This document shows, in pieces, positions 1 through 10,500 of a DNA stretch of 46,968 nucleotides; the stretch's first letter is position 1; the number at the start of each line of letters is the position of its first letter. The notes under the pieces were generated by a model. It did no database searches. It was given only the letters and a program-made list of their open reading frames with translations, and was not told where the DNA came from. Location of the stretch: the IMG/VR virus record IMGVR_UViG_3300042997_000702, positions 1-46,968 of that record. One strand, given 5' to 3'. The position numbers were made by a program, and so were the translations under genes. Origin of the DNA: a virus (taxonomy: Duplodnaviria > Caudoviricetes).

Positions 1-2760
1 ACATTATTTAATTCATCATCTTATAGTTTATACAATTCATCATCTATAACTTGGCCATACAGTGCTTCTGTTAGAGTGGATAGTTCTTCACCATTAGTAA
101 CAAATGATTATGGAACGGGATGGTATGATACTATTATTACATTAGCTGAAAATTTCGATAATAATAATCAAAATTGGGTACAAAATAATATACCACAATA
201 TATTGTAAATGATGGCAATAATGCAAGTTTGTTATTATTTTTATCAATGGTTGGACAGCATTTTGATAATATTTACTATCATACTAAATCAATAGAAAAA
301 AGTAGAGGATTAGGGTATAAATCTAAAAACGGAATATCTGATAAATTATTGTTTGATACACTTAAATCATTGAGTTGGGATGCTAAAAATTTATCAGCAG
401 ATTCTAGTTTATGGAATTACACATTTGGTGTGGATTCAAACTCAAATGTTAAAGAAACCAATCCGGCTAAACAAAGAACGAATGAAGTATGGAGGAGGAT
501 TATAAACAATCTACCATACCTATTAAAACATAAAGGTAGTAGAAGGGGTATATATGCATTATTAAGTTGTTACGGAATACCATCATCTAACTTATCTATA
601 TTAGAGTTTGGTGGTCCTGAAATTAACGATGAAAGTAAAGGTAAACTAATAACCGATGTAGTGACCACTGTATTAAATATGAATAGTGGTTCATCAATCG
701 AATTAGAATGGAAAAACACAGATACTAATAGAAAGCCTGATACGATTGAATTATTTGTAAAACCTAATTATGCAGGTGCGTATCAACTAATATCAGGAAG
801 TGGATGGAACGTAGCATTAAGTGGTTCTATTGATAGTAAATATGGTACAGTTAAATTATCCATTTCAGAATCAACTAATATACAAACTATTACATCTAAT
901 TTATTGCCAATATTTAATAATAGATTTTTTGGTATAGAGGTTAGTAGAACAGTTGGTAGTGGGGCAGATGCAACCATGTCTTTGAACTTAAAACAATTTC
1001 AAAAAGAAAGAACTATCTTTGAATATAGTGGTACATTAAAACTAACTCAATCAAATTGGGATAGTGGTTCTACTATACGTATTGGTAATAATTACACAGG
1101 TTCATTAGATGAATTCCGTTTATGGTCTACTCCATTAGATAAAGATAGATTTTTTGAGCACGTATCGTACCCGGAAATGATTAATGGTAATAATTATTCA
1201 TCATCAACTTCCGATTTATATTTCCGTTTGGATTTTGAATATCCTAAAAATTTATATGGTACAAATGGTACATCTTCTTTTATAAATGTTGCAAATAATA
1301 TTTTTTATCCTAAAGGTTTTGTAAGAAATCAATTTGAAGAAACTGGAAGTATTGTAAATGTAACATCAACCATAAACGCACCAATCAGTGCATCTGTAAT
1401 TGGATTTACATCATCTCCATCATATCCATACCAATTTGAAGCAATTGATAGAAGTGTTACACTTGAAATACCGAACATAGGTTCATCTAGATTTTCTACA
1501 AATAAAGTTAGATTTGAATCTCAAACTGATTTTAGTGGAAACGATGTAAGTGGTGGTGTTGATTTATCTTATAAAAGTAGAGCAACTAAAAAGGCATTTG
1601 ATCAATCACCACCGGATTCTAATCGGGTTGGATTATTTTTCTCACCTACAAAAGAATTAAATTTAGATATTGCAAAATCGTTAGGTGGGTTTAATTTAGA
1701 TAATTACATAGGTAATCCATCTGATTTATATAAAGAAAAATATACCACATTAGATGATTTAAGAAAGTATTACTTTGAAAGATTTGATGGTAGGGATATT
1801 TATCAATATATTAATTTAATCAAACTATATGAGAAATCTATGTTTGAGGATATTAAACAAATGTTACCAGCGAGAGTTAAAGCAACTACTGGTTTACTAA
1901 TAGAGCCACATTTTTTAGAAAGAAGTAAAGTTCAACATAAGAAACCATCTGGTGAATATTCTCAATGGGATGCAACTATTAGTAAAGAAACTAATTTATC
2001 CGGTGAAACGGACAAAATTGAAACTCAAATTTATACAAATACCGTATATGATTTAAGTGGCGAAAATAATCAGTATGAGACTACTATAACTAATCCTGCA
2101 GTTGAAAAACTAATTGCAAATAGTTATCAATATAATTCGGAAATAACTGCAAGTGATACTACACGCATCACATCCGAATATAGTACCCTTAACGATGCGT
2201 TAATTAACACTAATTTAAATAATTCAACTATAATAAGTGAAATTGATTTAATAAATTCTAATACAATAGTTGGACAAAACGATTATGAAGTTTTAGGATT
2301 TGGTATTTATGGACAAAATGGTTCGGCAATACGCACATACTATGATGCGAGAGGTAATCGTAAAAAAGAAAGAGTTAGAGTATCTTTAATAAAAGAGGAG
2401 AATACTAGAGAATTTACATATTTAACTGGTAGTGCATCTGGATCATATACAGAATTAGGAATTCAAACATATTATGAAACAAAATTAACAATTCAACCGT
2501 TTAGTGGCTCTGTCATACCACCCGTTGGTGGTAAAATTGTCGAAGTAGTTCCTATAAATGGATATTTAAAATCACATTATAGAAATACTAGTGATTTGAC
2601 GAGAGGATTACAAAATAGTTTTTACTACGGTACGAAGAATACGAGTGCAACTACATTGGATGGCTCATCTCCGGTTGAAGTATTTGCAACAAATCCAAAT
2701 ACATTAAAAGTAAATAAAGCAGGTAGAGATGCTAGTGAACCAATTTTGGAAGTAGAATAA
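1..2760 (+). CDS. Large baseplate wedge/tail structural protein with LamG-like domain (5'-truncated by window edge)
   Basis: Frame 1 is open from base 1 (TLFNSSSYSLYNSSSITWPYSASVR...), so the GTG at 76 is probably internal. LLKHKGSRRGIYALLSCYG resembles the KGT/S motif of baseplate wedge / P2 gpI-like proteins. IRIGNNYTGSLDEFRLWSTPL is a LamG/ConA-like signature. Ser/Thr/Gly/Asn-rich. Confidence 0.6.
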   Translation, partial: TLFNSSSYSLYNSSSITWPYSASVRVDSSSPLVTNDYGTGWYDTIITLAENFDNNNQNWVQNNIPQYIVNDGNNASLLLFLSMVGQHFDNIYYHTKSIEKSRGLGYKSKNGISDKLLFDTLKSLSWDAKNLSADSSLWNYTFGVDSNSNVKETNPAKQRTNEVWRRIINNLPYLLKHKGSRRGIYALLSCYGIPSSNLSILEFGGPEINDESKGKLITDVVTTVLNMNSGSSIELEWKNTDTNRKPDTIELFVKPNYAGAYQLISGSGWNVALSGSIDSKYGTVKLSISESTNIQTITSNLLPIFNNRFFGIEVSRTVGSGADATMSLNLKQFQKERTIFEYSGTLKLTQSNWDSGSTIRIGNNYTGSLDEFRLWSTPLDKDRFFEHVSYPEMINGNNYSSSTSDLYFRLDFEYPKNLYGTNGTSSFINVANNIFYPKGFVRNQFEETGSIVNVTSTINAPISASVIGFTSSPSYPYQFEAIDRSVTLEIPNIGSSRFSTNKVRFESQTDFSGNDVSGGVDLSYKSRATKKAFDQSPPDSNRVGLFFSPTKELNLDIAKSLGGFNLDNYIGNPSDLYKEKYTTLDDLRKYYFERFDGRDIYQYINLIKLYEKSMFEDIKQMLPARVKATTGLLIEPHFLERSKVQHKKPSGEYSQWDATISKETNLSGETDKIETQIYTNTVYDLSGENNQYETTITNPAVEKLIANSYQYNSEITASDTTRITSEYSTLNDALINTNLNNSTIISEIDLINSNTIVGQNDYEVLGFGIYGQNGSAIRTYYDARGNRKKERVRVSLIKEENTREFTYLTGSASGSYTELGIQTYYETKLTIQPFSGSVIPPVGGKIVEVVPINGYLKSHYRNTSDLTRGLQNSFYYGTKNTSATTLDGSSPVEVFATNPNTLKVNKAGRDASEPILEVE

Positions 2761-2778
2761 CGAATTTTTAAAATAATT

Positions 2779-2786
2779 ATATTTAT
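2779..2786 (+). promoter_or_regulatory. ATATTTAT motif, putative phage late promoter
   Basis: Same 8-mer is found in five intergenic gaps; this copy is 21 nt before ATG 2808. Confidence 0.55.
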
Positions 2787-2807
2787 TAACAAACGAAATA
2801 AAATACT

Positions 2808-3431
2808 ATGGGATATTTAAGTAACACCGAATTAACAGTTGATGCTATTCTTACCAAAAAAGGTAGAGAAAAATTAGCAGCTGGACAAGGATTAAACATC
2901 ACTCAATTTGCTTTAGCAGATGATGAGATTGATTATTCTTTATATGAACCCTCTCATCCGCTTGGATCAGCATACTATGATGCAGCGATTAAAAACATGC
3001 CAATATTAGAAGCATCACCTGATGAAACGCAGGTAATGAAATATAAATTGGTAACTTTACCAAAAAATACAACAAGAATCCCTGTTGTGGAATTTGGTAT
3101 ACCAAATGTAGCCGTAAATCAAAAAAGTGGTGAAGTTGCATTATCACCAACCACATCACCTGCCGGAAATAGGAGATTAGGATACACAATTGTATTATCT
3201 AATAAAAACGCAGGTGATATAATTGGAGAAGGTGTAACATCTGATGTAGGTTCAGTTCCGATATTCATTGGAGATGATGTATCTGCAACAGCTGCAATTG
3301 CAAAAGGATTGACCTTTAAATTTATACCAAACCCATCTTTAACTTCAACTATCAGAACAACAATAACTGTTTATGGTAACGAAACAGGTGGTTCACAAAC
3401 AATTCCAGTAACCGTAACATACGTTCAATAA
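2808..3431 (+). CDS. Virion structural protein (baseplate/tail-fibre attachment-like)
   Basis: N-terminal AILTKKGREKLAAGQGLNITQFALADDEIDY resembles the N-terminal strand-helix of phage tail-collar/fibre (DUF3751-like) proteins. C-terminus is beta-rich and Ig-like. Structural gene context. Confidence 0.55.
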   Translation: MGYLSNTELTVDAILTKKGREKLAAGQGLNITQFALADDEIDYSLYEPSHPLGSAYYDAAIKNMPILEASPDETQVMKYKLVTLPKNTTRIPVVEFGIPNVAVNQKSGEVALSPTTSPAGNRRLGYTIVLSNKNAGDIIGEGVTSDVGSVPIFIGDDVSATAAIAKGLTFKFIPNPSLTSTIRTTITVYGNETGGSQTIPVTVTYVQ

Positions 3432-3439
3432 GATAGAAA

Positions 3440-4681
3440 ATGGCAATAATTAGAGATAATAGAGGACAACTTTTAGCAAGTAACTTATCAAGTTATTTAG
3501 CAAGTGCTGCAAACACTGCAGGAACACCAATCAATACAACAGAACTTGTTGGTATTTTGAACCAATTTTTAGGTGAGGGAGAACAACTTAGTTCAGATAT
3601 AACTACTATTACAAATGGTATTTATAAAAAGTTTGGTTCAATTGATAAAGTAACAAACCGCACAGAGGTTGTAACTTCTGGTATATGGAGTGGTGATACA
3701 GGATCATTGGCAACCTTTGTTACATCATCTGCACAAATTGGTGATGTAAGTGGTAAATACTACATAGATGTATATAGTGATGCTGGTATAGAAAATAAAG
3801 AGTTTTCAATTGCGTATGGTGATAGTGCCGGATCCGGTTCACCAACGTATACTCAATCCGATGATACATACCGACAGTCGTTAGCAGTATATAATCAATT
3901 TAAAAATATATTACTAGATTCATCTGATGCCAATTTTAGTGTATACAATGGTACAGTTGAAGGTGGTTATGACTTAACATCATTTTATGCTTTAGCGATT
4001 GATAGAGCGAGATATAAAGAACAACTTGATCCTGGTAACTTTCAATTAACATTATCTGGTTCGTTGGGTACTATTACATTAATAGATGACTCTGGACAAA
4101 CAGAAACAGTTGGTGCAAGTGGTAGAATATTCAATGTTGTAAGTGGTGCATTAAATATTGGAACAGCCAATGAAGGAACTATTAATTCACCAACTGCCTC
4201 AAACGGTCAGGGATTTGGATTATTTTATCCAGATATGGGAATTATCCTTTTAAATCCAAACGCATTATCAGCATCAGTTGGTGGTGATTTGAGAGCAGCT
4301 AATGGTTCACAAGAAGATGTTTACCATAACAATTCATTAAGTGGTTCAACTTACTCAATAAATTCAGGTTCAGTGGCTTTGTTTAAAGCAATTAGTAGGG
4401 GAGCTGATTTTCAAATGAGAAGAACTGAAAATGTTTCAACATCTCATTATTTTGTAAGAGCAAATAATAGAGAATTTAATTTTTCAAATAACCCAACATT
4501 CGTAAGTGGTTCAACTGGTCAATTTAAAAATGTAACATTTGAAACAAATCCAAAAGTATATATTACAACGGTAGGATTATACGATGATGGTAATGAATTA
4601 CTAGCAGTTGCTAAAATTTCTAAACCAATAGAAAAATCATTTGACAAAGAAGTTGCAATTAAAGTAAAACTTGATTTTTAA
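3440..4681 (+). CDS. Virion structural protein (baseplate/tail), paralogue of 4754..5959
   Basis: C-terminal YITTVGLYDDGNELLAVAKISKPIEK...VKLDF is shared with the next gene. S/G/T-rich. Confidence 0.55.
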   Translation: MAIIRDNRGQLLASNLSSYLASAANTAGTPINTTELVGILNQFLGEGEQLSSDITTITNGIYKKFGSIDKVTNRTEVVTSGIWSGDTGSLATFVTSSAQIGDVSGKYYIDVYSDAGIENKEFSIAYGDSAGSGSPTYTQSDDTYRQSLAVYNQFKNILLDSSDANFSVYNGTVEGGYDLTSFYALAIDRARYKEQLDPGNFQLTLSGSLGTITLIDDSGQTETVGASGRIFNVVSGALNIGTANEGTINSPTASNGQGFGLFYPDMGIILLNPNALSASVGGDLRAANGSQEDVYHNNSLSGSTYSINSGSVALFKAISRGADFQMRRTENVSTSHYFVRANNREFNFSNNPTFVSGSTGQFKNVTFETNPKVYITTVGLYDDGNELLAVAKISKPIEKSFDKEVAIKVKLDF

Positions 4682-4704
4682 TAATGAATAACCAACGCCT
4701 AATT

Positions 4705-4733
4705 AACCCACCTTTTTGGTGGGTTTTTAGTTT
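4705..4733 (+). terminator. Rho-independent terminator
   Basis: Perfect 8-bp stem AACCCACC (4705-4712) / GGTGGGTT (4718-4725), TTTTT loop, then a T-rich tail; lies just downstream of stop 4681. Confidence 0.85.
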
Positions 4734-4738
4734 ATGAG

Positions 4739-4746
4739 ATATTTAT
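4739..4746 (+). promoter_or_regulatory. ATATTTAT motif, putative phage late promoter
   Basis: Immediately after the terminator and 7 nt before ATG 4754, where transcription would need to re-initiate. Confidence 0.6.
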
Positions 4747-4753
4747 ATATACT

Positions 4754-5959
4754 ATGTTAAAAAGAATACCAAAATCGGATATTAGTATAAGACCTTTTAA
4801 GGCATATAAAGAATGGGAATTTGATAATACTTCACCGGAAGTATCGGTATTAGAGGCTATTGCGGGTGATTATACAAATGTTTTAACAAATGAAATCAGT
4901 GGTGGTATATTATCAGGCTCATCCTATGATACAAATGCACTATATGGGCAGTTACGTTCGATGTTTTATAATGGAAATGAAAATAATCCATTTTTAAGAT
5001 TTGGAGATATATCGATTGGGTATAATGTAGAAAGTAATACTAAAGATAGATTTTTAAGTGGATCTGCTAAAGTTATATCAATTCCACAAAAATACATAGG
5101 TGAGGGTATTAAGAAACAATCATTAACATTATATGACAATAATACATTATTTACTGATGATGGAAATGGTAATTTATTTGATTCTAGAGACCAAATTAAT
5201 ATTTCGAGAATTGATGTAGAAAATCGAATATTTAATTTTACGGATTTATCAGAATATGTTTATAGCGCATCATTAGATACATATATCGGAGCATTTAATA
5301 TGCAATCTGGGACGTTGGATTTAATCTACAATGGGGTTTCACAATCTACTATACAATTGGTTAGTTTGGATATCGAATCGGGTATAGCAATAGCAGAAAA
5401 TATTCCATTTTTACCAAAAGAATCACAAGGTATTAAAATTGGTAATATATTTTATAATCAGGGATTGATAGTATTAACAAGATATTCGGCAACAAAATTA
5501 CAAAACAATTGGGATTTAAATTTTAAATCAACTCAAACAATCTACGAAAACGAATATTTGTTAATAACCGATCCAGATGAATTTAATATTTCACAAAACC
5601 CATCAGCTATTGTTACGGTAGGAGAAGAACGAAGTACATCAATTGATACCGATGGCACTATTAAACACATTACTACAAATCCTGGTGTAAAATATATTAG
5701 AAAACAATCAATATTAGAAAATGGAAGTATTATTGATTATAGATATACATCATCGGTACAATCTAATCTATACGCTGGGTTTGAACACATTGATGTTAGT
5801 GGTTCAATTGATACAACCGGTTCATTCTTATCACCATTTATTACCACCATAGGATTATACGATGATAATTGCGATTTAGTTGCAGTAGCAAAATTACCAC
5901 AACCTATTAAAACACAACAAGATTTTCCTATAAACTTTATTGTACGTTTTGATACATAA
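4754..5959 (+). CDS. Virion structural protein (baseplate/tail), paralogue of 3440..4681
   Basis: C-terminal FITTIGLYDDNCDLVAVAKLPQPIKT...VRFDT. Shares DDGNGNL and GNIFYNQGLIVL-type segments with the previous gene (DDSG, GLFYPDMGIILL). Confidence 0.55.
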   Translation: MLKRIPKSDISIRPFKAYKEWEFDNTSPEVSVLEAIAGDYTNVLTNEISGGILSGSSYDTNALYGQLRSMFYNGNENNPFLRFGDISIGYNVESNTKDRFLSGSAKVISIPQKYIGEGIKKQSLTLYDNNTLFTDDGNGNLFDSRDQINISRIDVENRIFNFTDLSEYVYSASLDTYIGAFNMQSGTLDLIYNGVSQSTIQLVSLDIESGIAIAENIPFLPKESQGIKIGNIFYNQGLIVLTRYSATKLQNNWDLNFKSTQTIYENEYLLITDPDEFNISQNPSAIVTVGEERSTSIDTDGTIKHITTNPGVKYIRKQSILENGSIIDYRYTSSVQSNLYAGFEHIDVSGSIDTTGSFLSPFITTIGLYDDNCDLVAVAKLPQPIKTQQDFPINFIVRFDT

Positions 5960-5962
5960 CTT

Positions 5963-5970
5963 ATATTTAT
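5963..5970 (+). promoter_or_regulatory. ATATTTAT motif, putative phage late promoter
   Basis: In the 28-nt gap before ATG 5988. Confidence 0.55.
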
Positions 5971-5987
5971 ACTAAACAATAATAATT

Positions 5988-6197
5988 ATGTCAAAAATAT
6001 TAGATTTATACAAATCATCTCAAAAAGAATTGGGAACTGATAAAATCAGTAAAGATGCATCCGATGCATTAAAAACACCATACACTACTAATGATTTAAA
6101 AAAAGTAGATGAGCAGATATTAACTGCTACCAAATTCAAAACTGGCAGAGGCGGTGAATTAAGTAATGTAAAATATTCCGATACTATAAAACGTTAA
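5988..6197 (+). CDS. Small basic hypothetical protein
   Basis: 69-aa ORF filling the gap, preceded by the recurrent motif, 3 nt from the next ATG. Confidence 0.6.
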   Translation: MSKILDLYKSSQKELGTDKISKDASDALKTPYTTNDLKKVDEQILTATKFKTGRGGELSNVKYSDTIKR

Positions 6198-6200
6198 GTA

Positions 6201-6611
6201 ATGGCTAAGCGGGTTATAAAATTAAACAACTCTAAATGGGTTGCGAGAAAATATGGGTTTAAGTCTGGACTTGAAGAAAATATATCAACTCAAATTGAAA
6301 GTAAAGGGGTTACAGTAAAATACGAATCAGAAAAAATAGGATACGTAATACCAGCATCCAATCACACTTACACTCCGGATTTTAGATTACCAAACGGTAT
6401 TATAATAGAAACCAAAGGAAGGTTTGTTGCAGCGGATAGAAAGAAGCATTTACTAATTAAAGAACAACATCCTGAATTAGATATACGATTTGTATTCAGT
6501 AATTCTAAAAATAAAATCACTAAAACTTCAAAAACATCATATGCCGATTGGTGTATTAAACACAACTACAACTATTCTGATAAGTTTATACCGGATAGTT
6601 GGTTTGAATAA
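6201..6611 (+). CDS. Holliday-junction resolvase, T7 endonuclease I family
   Basis: GFKSGLEE, YTPDF, IIIETKGRF..DRKKHLLIKEQHPELDIRFVF and YADWC match T7 gp3 endonuclease I (PD-(D/E)xK). Confidence 0.92.
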   Translation: MAKRVIKLNNSKWVARKYGFKSGLEENISTQIESKGVTVKYESEKIGYVIPASNHTYTPDFRLPNGIIIETKGRFVAADRKKHLLIKEQHPELDIRFVFSNSKNKITKTSKTSYADWCIKHNYNYSDKFIPDSWFE

Positions 6612-6617
6612 TACATT

Positions 6618-6650
6618 ATTTGGAAATGTGAAATATTATGTGTATATTTG
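6618..6650 (+). promoter_or_regulatory. Bacteroidota-type housekeeping promoter (-33 TTTG / -7 TAnnTTTG)
   Basis: TTTG 6619-6622, 20-nt spacer, TATATTTG 6643-6650; exact match to the known Bacteroides/Flavobacterium consensus. Confidence 0.75.
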
Positions 6651-6654
6651 ATAC

Positions 6655-7596
6655 GTGATAAGTACAAATGACAGAAATCGAGTAGTAGTAACGTTATCAA
6701 ATACATTAGGTAGTTATTCTATTTTAAGAGGTAATGAGTTAGCATTTTACTGTCCATTTTGCAATCATCATAAACAAAAACTACAAGTCAATACAGAAAG
6801 CCAAAAGTGGCATTGTTGGAACTGCAATTCCGGCGGTAAAAAACTAACCTCATTATTAAAAAAGTTAGATGTAGATCGTAAAACGATTTCTATTATTAGA
6901 GATATATACGGTGATACAAACTATACCCCACAACAGGAAGCCAGTGATACCAAAGTATTTATTTCTTTACCAAAAGAATTTATATCACTTAATGCAGAAT
7001 CTAAAGGATTTAATCCTGAATATAAACACGCCATTCATTATCTAACTCAACGGGGAATTACCCATAAAGAGATTATTAAATATAATATAGGATATTGTAA
7101 AGAAGGGTTATACAGTAAAAGAATAATAATTCCGTCTTATGATATAGCTAATCAGTTAAATTATTTCATATCTCGTTCATATTATCCGGAAGAGAAAATG
7201 AAATATAAAAATCCACCAATATCTAAAAATATAATATGTTTAGAATCTCAAATAAATTGGGATGAAGAATTAATATTATGCGAAGGTATATTTGACGCAA
7301 TTGCAATTAAAAGAAATGCTGTACCGTTATTAGGTAAATTTCCATCTAAACAGTTGGTTGAGAAAATATTTATGAATGGAGTTAAAAATATTGTAATATC
7401 ATTGGATAGTGATGCGATGAATGAGGCATTGCGGGCTTCTGAATATTTTAGAAAGCAAGGAATAAATGTTAAACTTATGCAATTAAAAGATAAAGATGCA
7501 TCTGAAATTGGATATACTAAATTTTATGAAGAATTAAATAAATCAACTCAATTTACTTCGGATGAGTTGCTATTAAATAAAATAAATAATTTATGA
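6655..7596 (+). CDS. DNA primase (Zn finger + TOPRIM)
   Basis: CPFC...HCWNC zinc finger, YLTQRGI, RIIIP, KYKNP, TOPRIM CEGIFDA and LDSD. GTG start. Confidence 0.9.
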   Translation: MISTNDRNRVVVTLSNTLGSYSILRGNELAFYCPFCNHHKQKLQVNTESQKWHCWNCNSGGKKLTSLLKKLDVDRKTISIIRDIYGDTNYTPQQEASDTKVFISLPKEFISLNAESKGFNPEYKHAIHYLTQRGITHKEIIKYNIGYCKEGLYSKRIIIPSYDIANQLNYFISRSYYPEEKMKYKNPPISKNIICLESQINWDEELILCEGIFDAIAIKRNAVPLLGKFPSKQLVEKIFMNGVKNIVISLDSDAMNEALRASEYFRKQGINVKLMQLKDKDASEIGYTKFYEELNKSTQFTSDELLLNKINNL

Positions 7597-10500
7597 ATAA
7601 ATTAAAAAAGATATTTCATATTGCCGATATTCACATTAGAAATGTAAAAAGGCATACGGAATACCGAATTGTATTTGAAAAAATGTTTGAAGAAATCCGT
7701 AAAAGAGGAACGGATGATTCACTTATCTATTTAGCAGGTGATATTGCACACGCTAAATTAGAATTATCTCCTGAATTAGTTAGAGAGATTAGTTGGTTAT
7801 TTACTGAATGTTCTAAGCATTGTGAAACTATCCTTATTACGGGTAATCACGATTGTAATATGAATAACTCTGATAGATTGGATGTTCTTACTCCAATTGT
7901 AGATGCTCTAAATCTACCAAACTTTACATATTTAAGAGATACACAGGTATATTCAATTGGTGGAGTTGATTTTGGAGTATTTAGTATTCTTGATAAAAAA
8001 GAAAACTGGCCGAAAGCGGATACTCTGTTTGGAAACAAAAAGATTGCATTATTTCACGGCCCGATTGATAATTCAACAACGGATATTGGATATACCGTAA
8101 GTAGTAGGCATTTCACAACTGATATATTTGATGGGTACGATTTAGCACTGTTAGGAGATATTCACAAACGCCAGGAACTAACATCTCCAACCGGATGTAA
8201 GATAGTCTATGCAGGATCATTAGTTCAGCAGAACTTCGGAGAATCGTTAGAGAAGCATGGGTTTTTAGTTTGGGATTTGGATACATTTAAGTATGATGAA
8301 GTTGATATTCAAAATGATTATGGATATTATACTATGGATATTGATAATGGAAACGTACCGATAGTTACGAATATGCCAAAATATCCAAGATTACGAGTTA
8401 GATTGGCAAACACCGATACTGCTGATACTAAAAAAGTAATTACTGAAATAAAACAAACTTATAATGTAGATGATTTTACAATAATTAGAACTGATTCTCT
8501 TTCTAAATTAAAAACTGGAAATAGATTAAATAAATTAGATTTTGAAGATGCATCGGATATAAATTATCAAAACTCACTTATTAATGAGTATCTTCAAAGA
8601 ATGATGCCCTTTATTTCACAAAGTGATTTAGATGGTTTAGAAATAATCAATAGAGAAGTTAATAGTAGAATTGTAAATGATGATGTATATCGTAACATCA
8701 ATTGGAAACCTATAAAATTTACATTTTCAAATATGTTTTCATACGGTGAAAATAATAAAATTGATTTTACTAAATTAGGTGGGTTAGTTGGGTTATTTGC
8801 ACCAAACGCAAGTGGTAAATCATCACTATTCGATGCAGTATCTTTTTGTTTATACGATAAGTGTAGTAGAGCATTTAAAGCCTCAAATATATTAAACAAC
8901 CGTAAAAATAACTTTGAATGTAAATTACATTTTCAAGTTGATGGAATAGATTACTATATAGAAAGAACCGCTAGTACTGTAAATAAAGGTAAAAATGTAA
9001 AAGTAGATGTTAAGTTTTGGAGAATGGATGATGATAGAATGATTTCATTAAACGGAACAGAACGTAGAGATACTAACCAAATTATTGAACAGTATGTTGG
9101 TAGATATGAAGATTTCGTATTAACTGCTCTTTCACTGCAAGGAAATAATGCCCTATTCATCGATAAATCTCAATCAGAGAGGAAGGATTTATTGGCACAA
9201 TTTATGGGATTAAATATATTTGATAAATTATATGAAACGGCAAGTGAAGATATAAAAGAGGTATCAGTTCTAATTAAGAATTTTAAGAGAACAGATTTTA
9301 CAACAGAACTCGCAGAAAAAGGAAATGATTTAAAAAATAAACAGAATGAGCTTACTGAATTAGAAACCGAATTAGAAAACTATGTAATTGAGAAAGATAC
9401 TTTGATAGATGGTATAGTTTCTTTAAATAAAGAGTTATCTAATATTGATGTAAAACTGGATATAGATGATTTAGAAAGACAGAATACTCAAATTCAAAAT
9501 GATACTGTATCTTTGGAAAAGCATAGAATTGAAAGTGAATCTAAAATGTTAAGATATACTGTATTACTATCCGAATTATCACAATCAGTTGAACAATCTA
9601 AATTTATAAATGGAAAACCAATTGAGGATGCTAAAAAAGAATGGGATGAATATAAAAATGAAATAAACGAAACCGAGCATCAAATTGAATTAGTAGAACA
9701 ATCTATAAAATCAAATCGTGAAAAATTATCACATCTTGAAACGCATGAGTACGACCCTAATTGTAAATTTTGTATAACTAATGTATTTGTAAAAGATGCG
9801 TTGGAAACAAAAACAAAAGTAGATGAGCAAGTGGATATTCTAACACAATTGGGTAATAAGTACCAATCGTTAATTCAACAAGCATCCTATATATCCGATG
9901 TAGAAGAGCAGTGGAATGAGCTTACTGAATTAAATTCAAAATACCAACAATGTATTGTAATTAAAGAAAAAACACAAACAGAAATAAATGGAATTAGTAC
10001 CAAAAGAGAATTACTAAATCATAAATTACAATCAATACAAACTAATATTGAAACGTATCATGCAAATGAAAGTACAATTATAAAAAATATTTCTATTGAA
10101 AATGAAATTTCTAAATTAGAAAAATCAAAAAACAAAATTGAAATAGAAATTAAAAATATAACAAATAAAATATCAATATTAAACGGTTCAATCGCAACTA
10201 TAAATTCATTCATAGATACTGTTAAATCTAAAATGGAAGAAGTTAAAGAGTTGGAAGAAAAGAACAGATTATATACTTATTATTTAGATGCAGTAAAGAG
10301 AGATGGTATTCCGTATGAGTTAATTTCTAAAGCCCTACCTGTAATTGAAAATGAAATAAATAACATATTAGCGCAGGTTGTGGATTTTAGTGTAATGATG
10401 GATGTGGATGGCAAATCTATAAATGCAAAAATAGTATATGAGGATCAAGAATGGCCGTTAGAGATGTGTAGTGGTATGGAAAAATTCGTAAGTGGTTTGG

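Noticed and set aside
76-78. GTG at 76 as the start of the first gene
   Set aside because: The frame is open from base 1 with similar composition; the gene begins upstream of the window.
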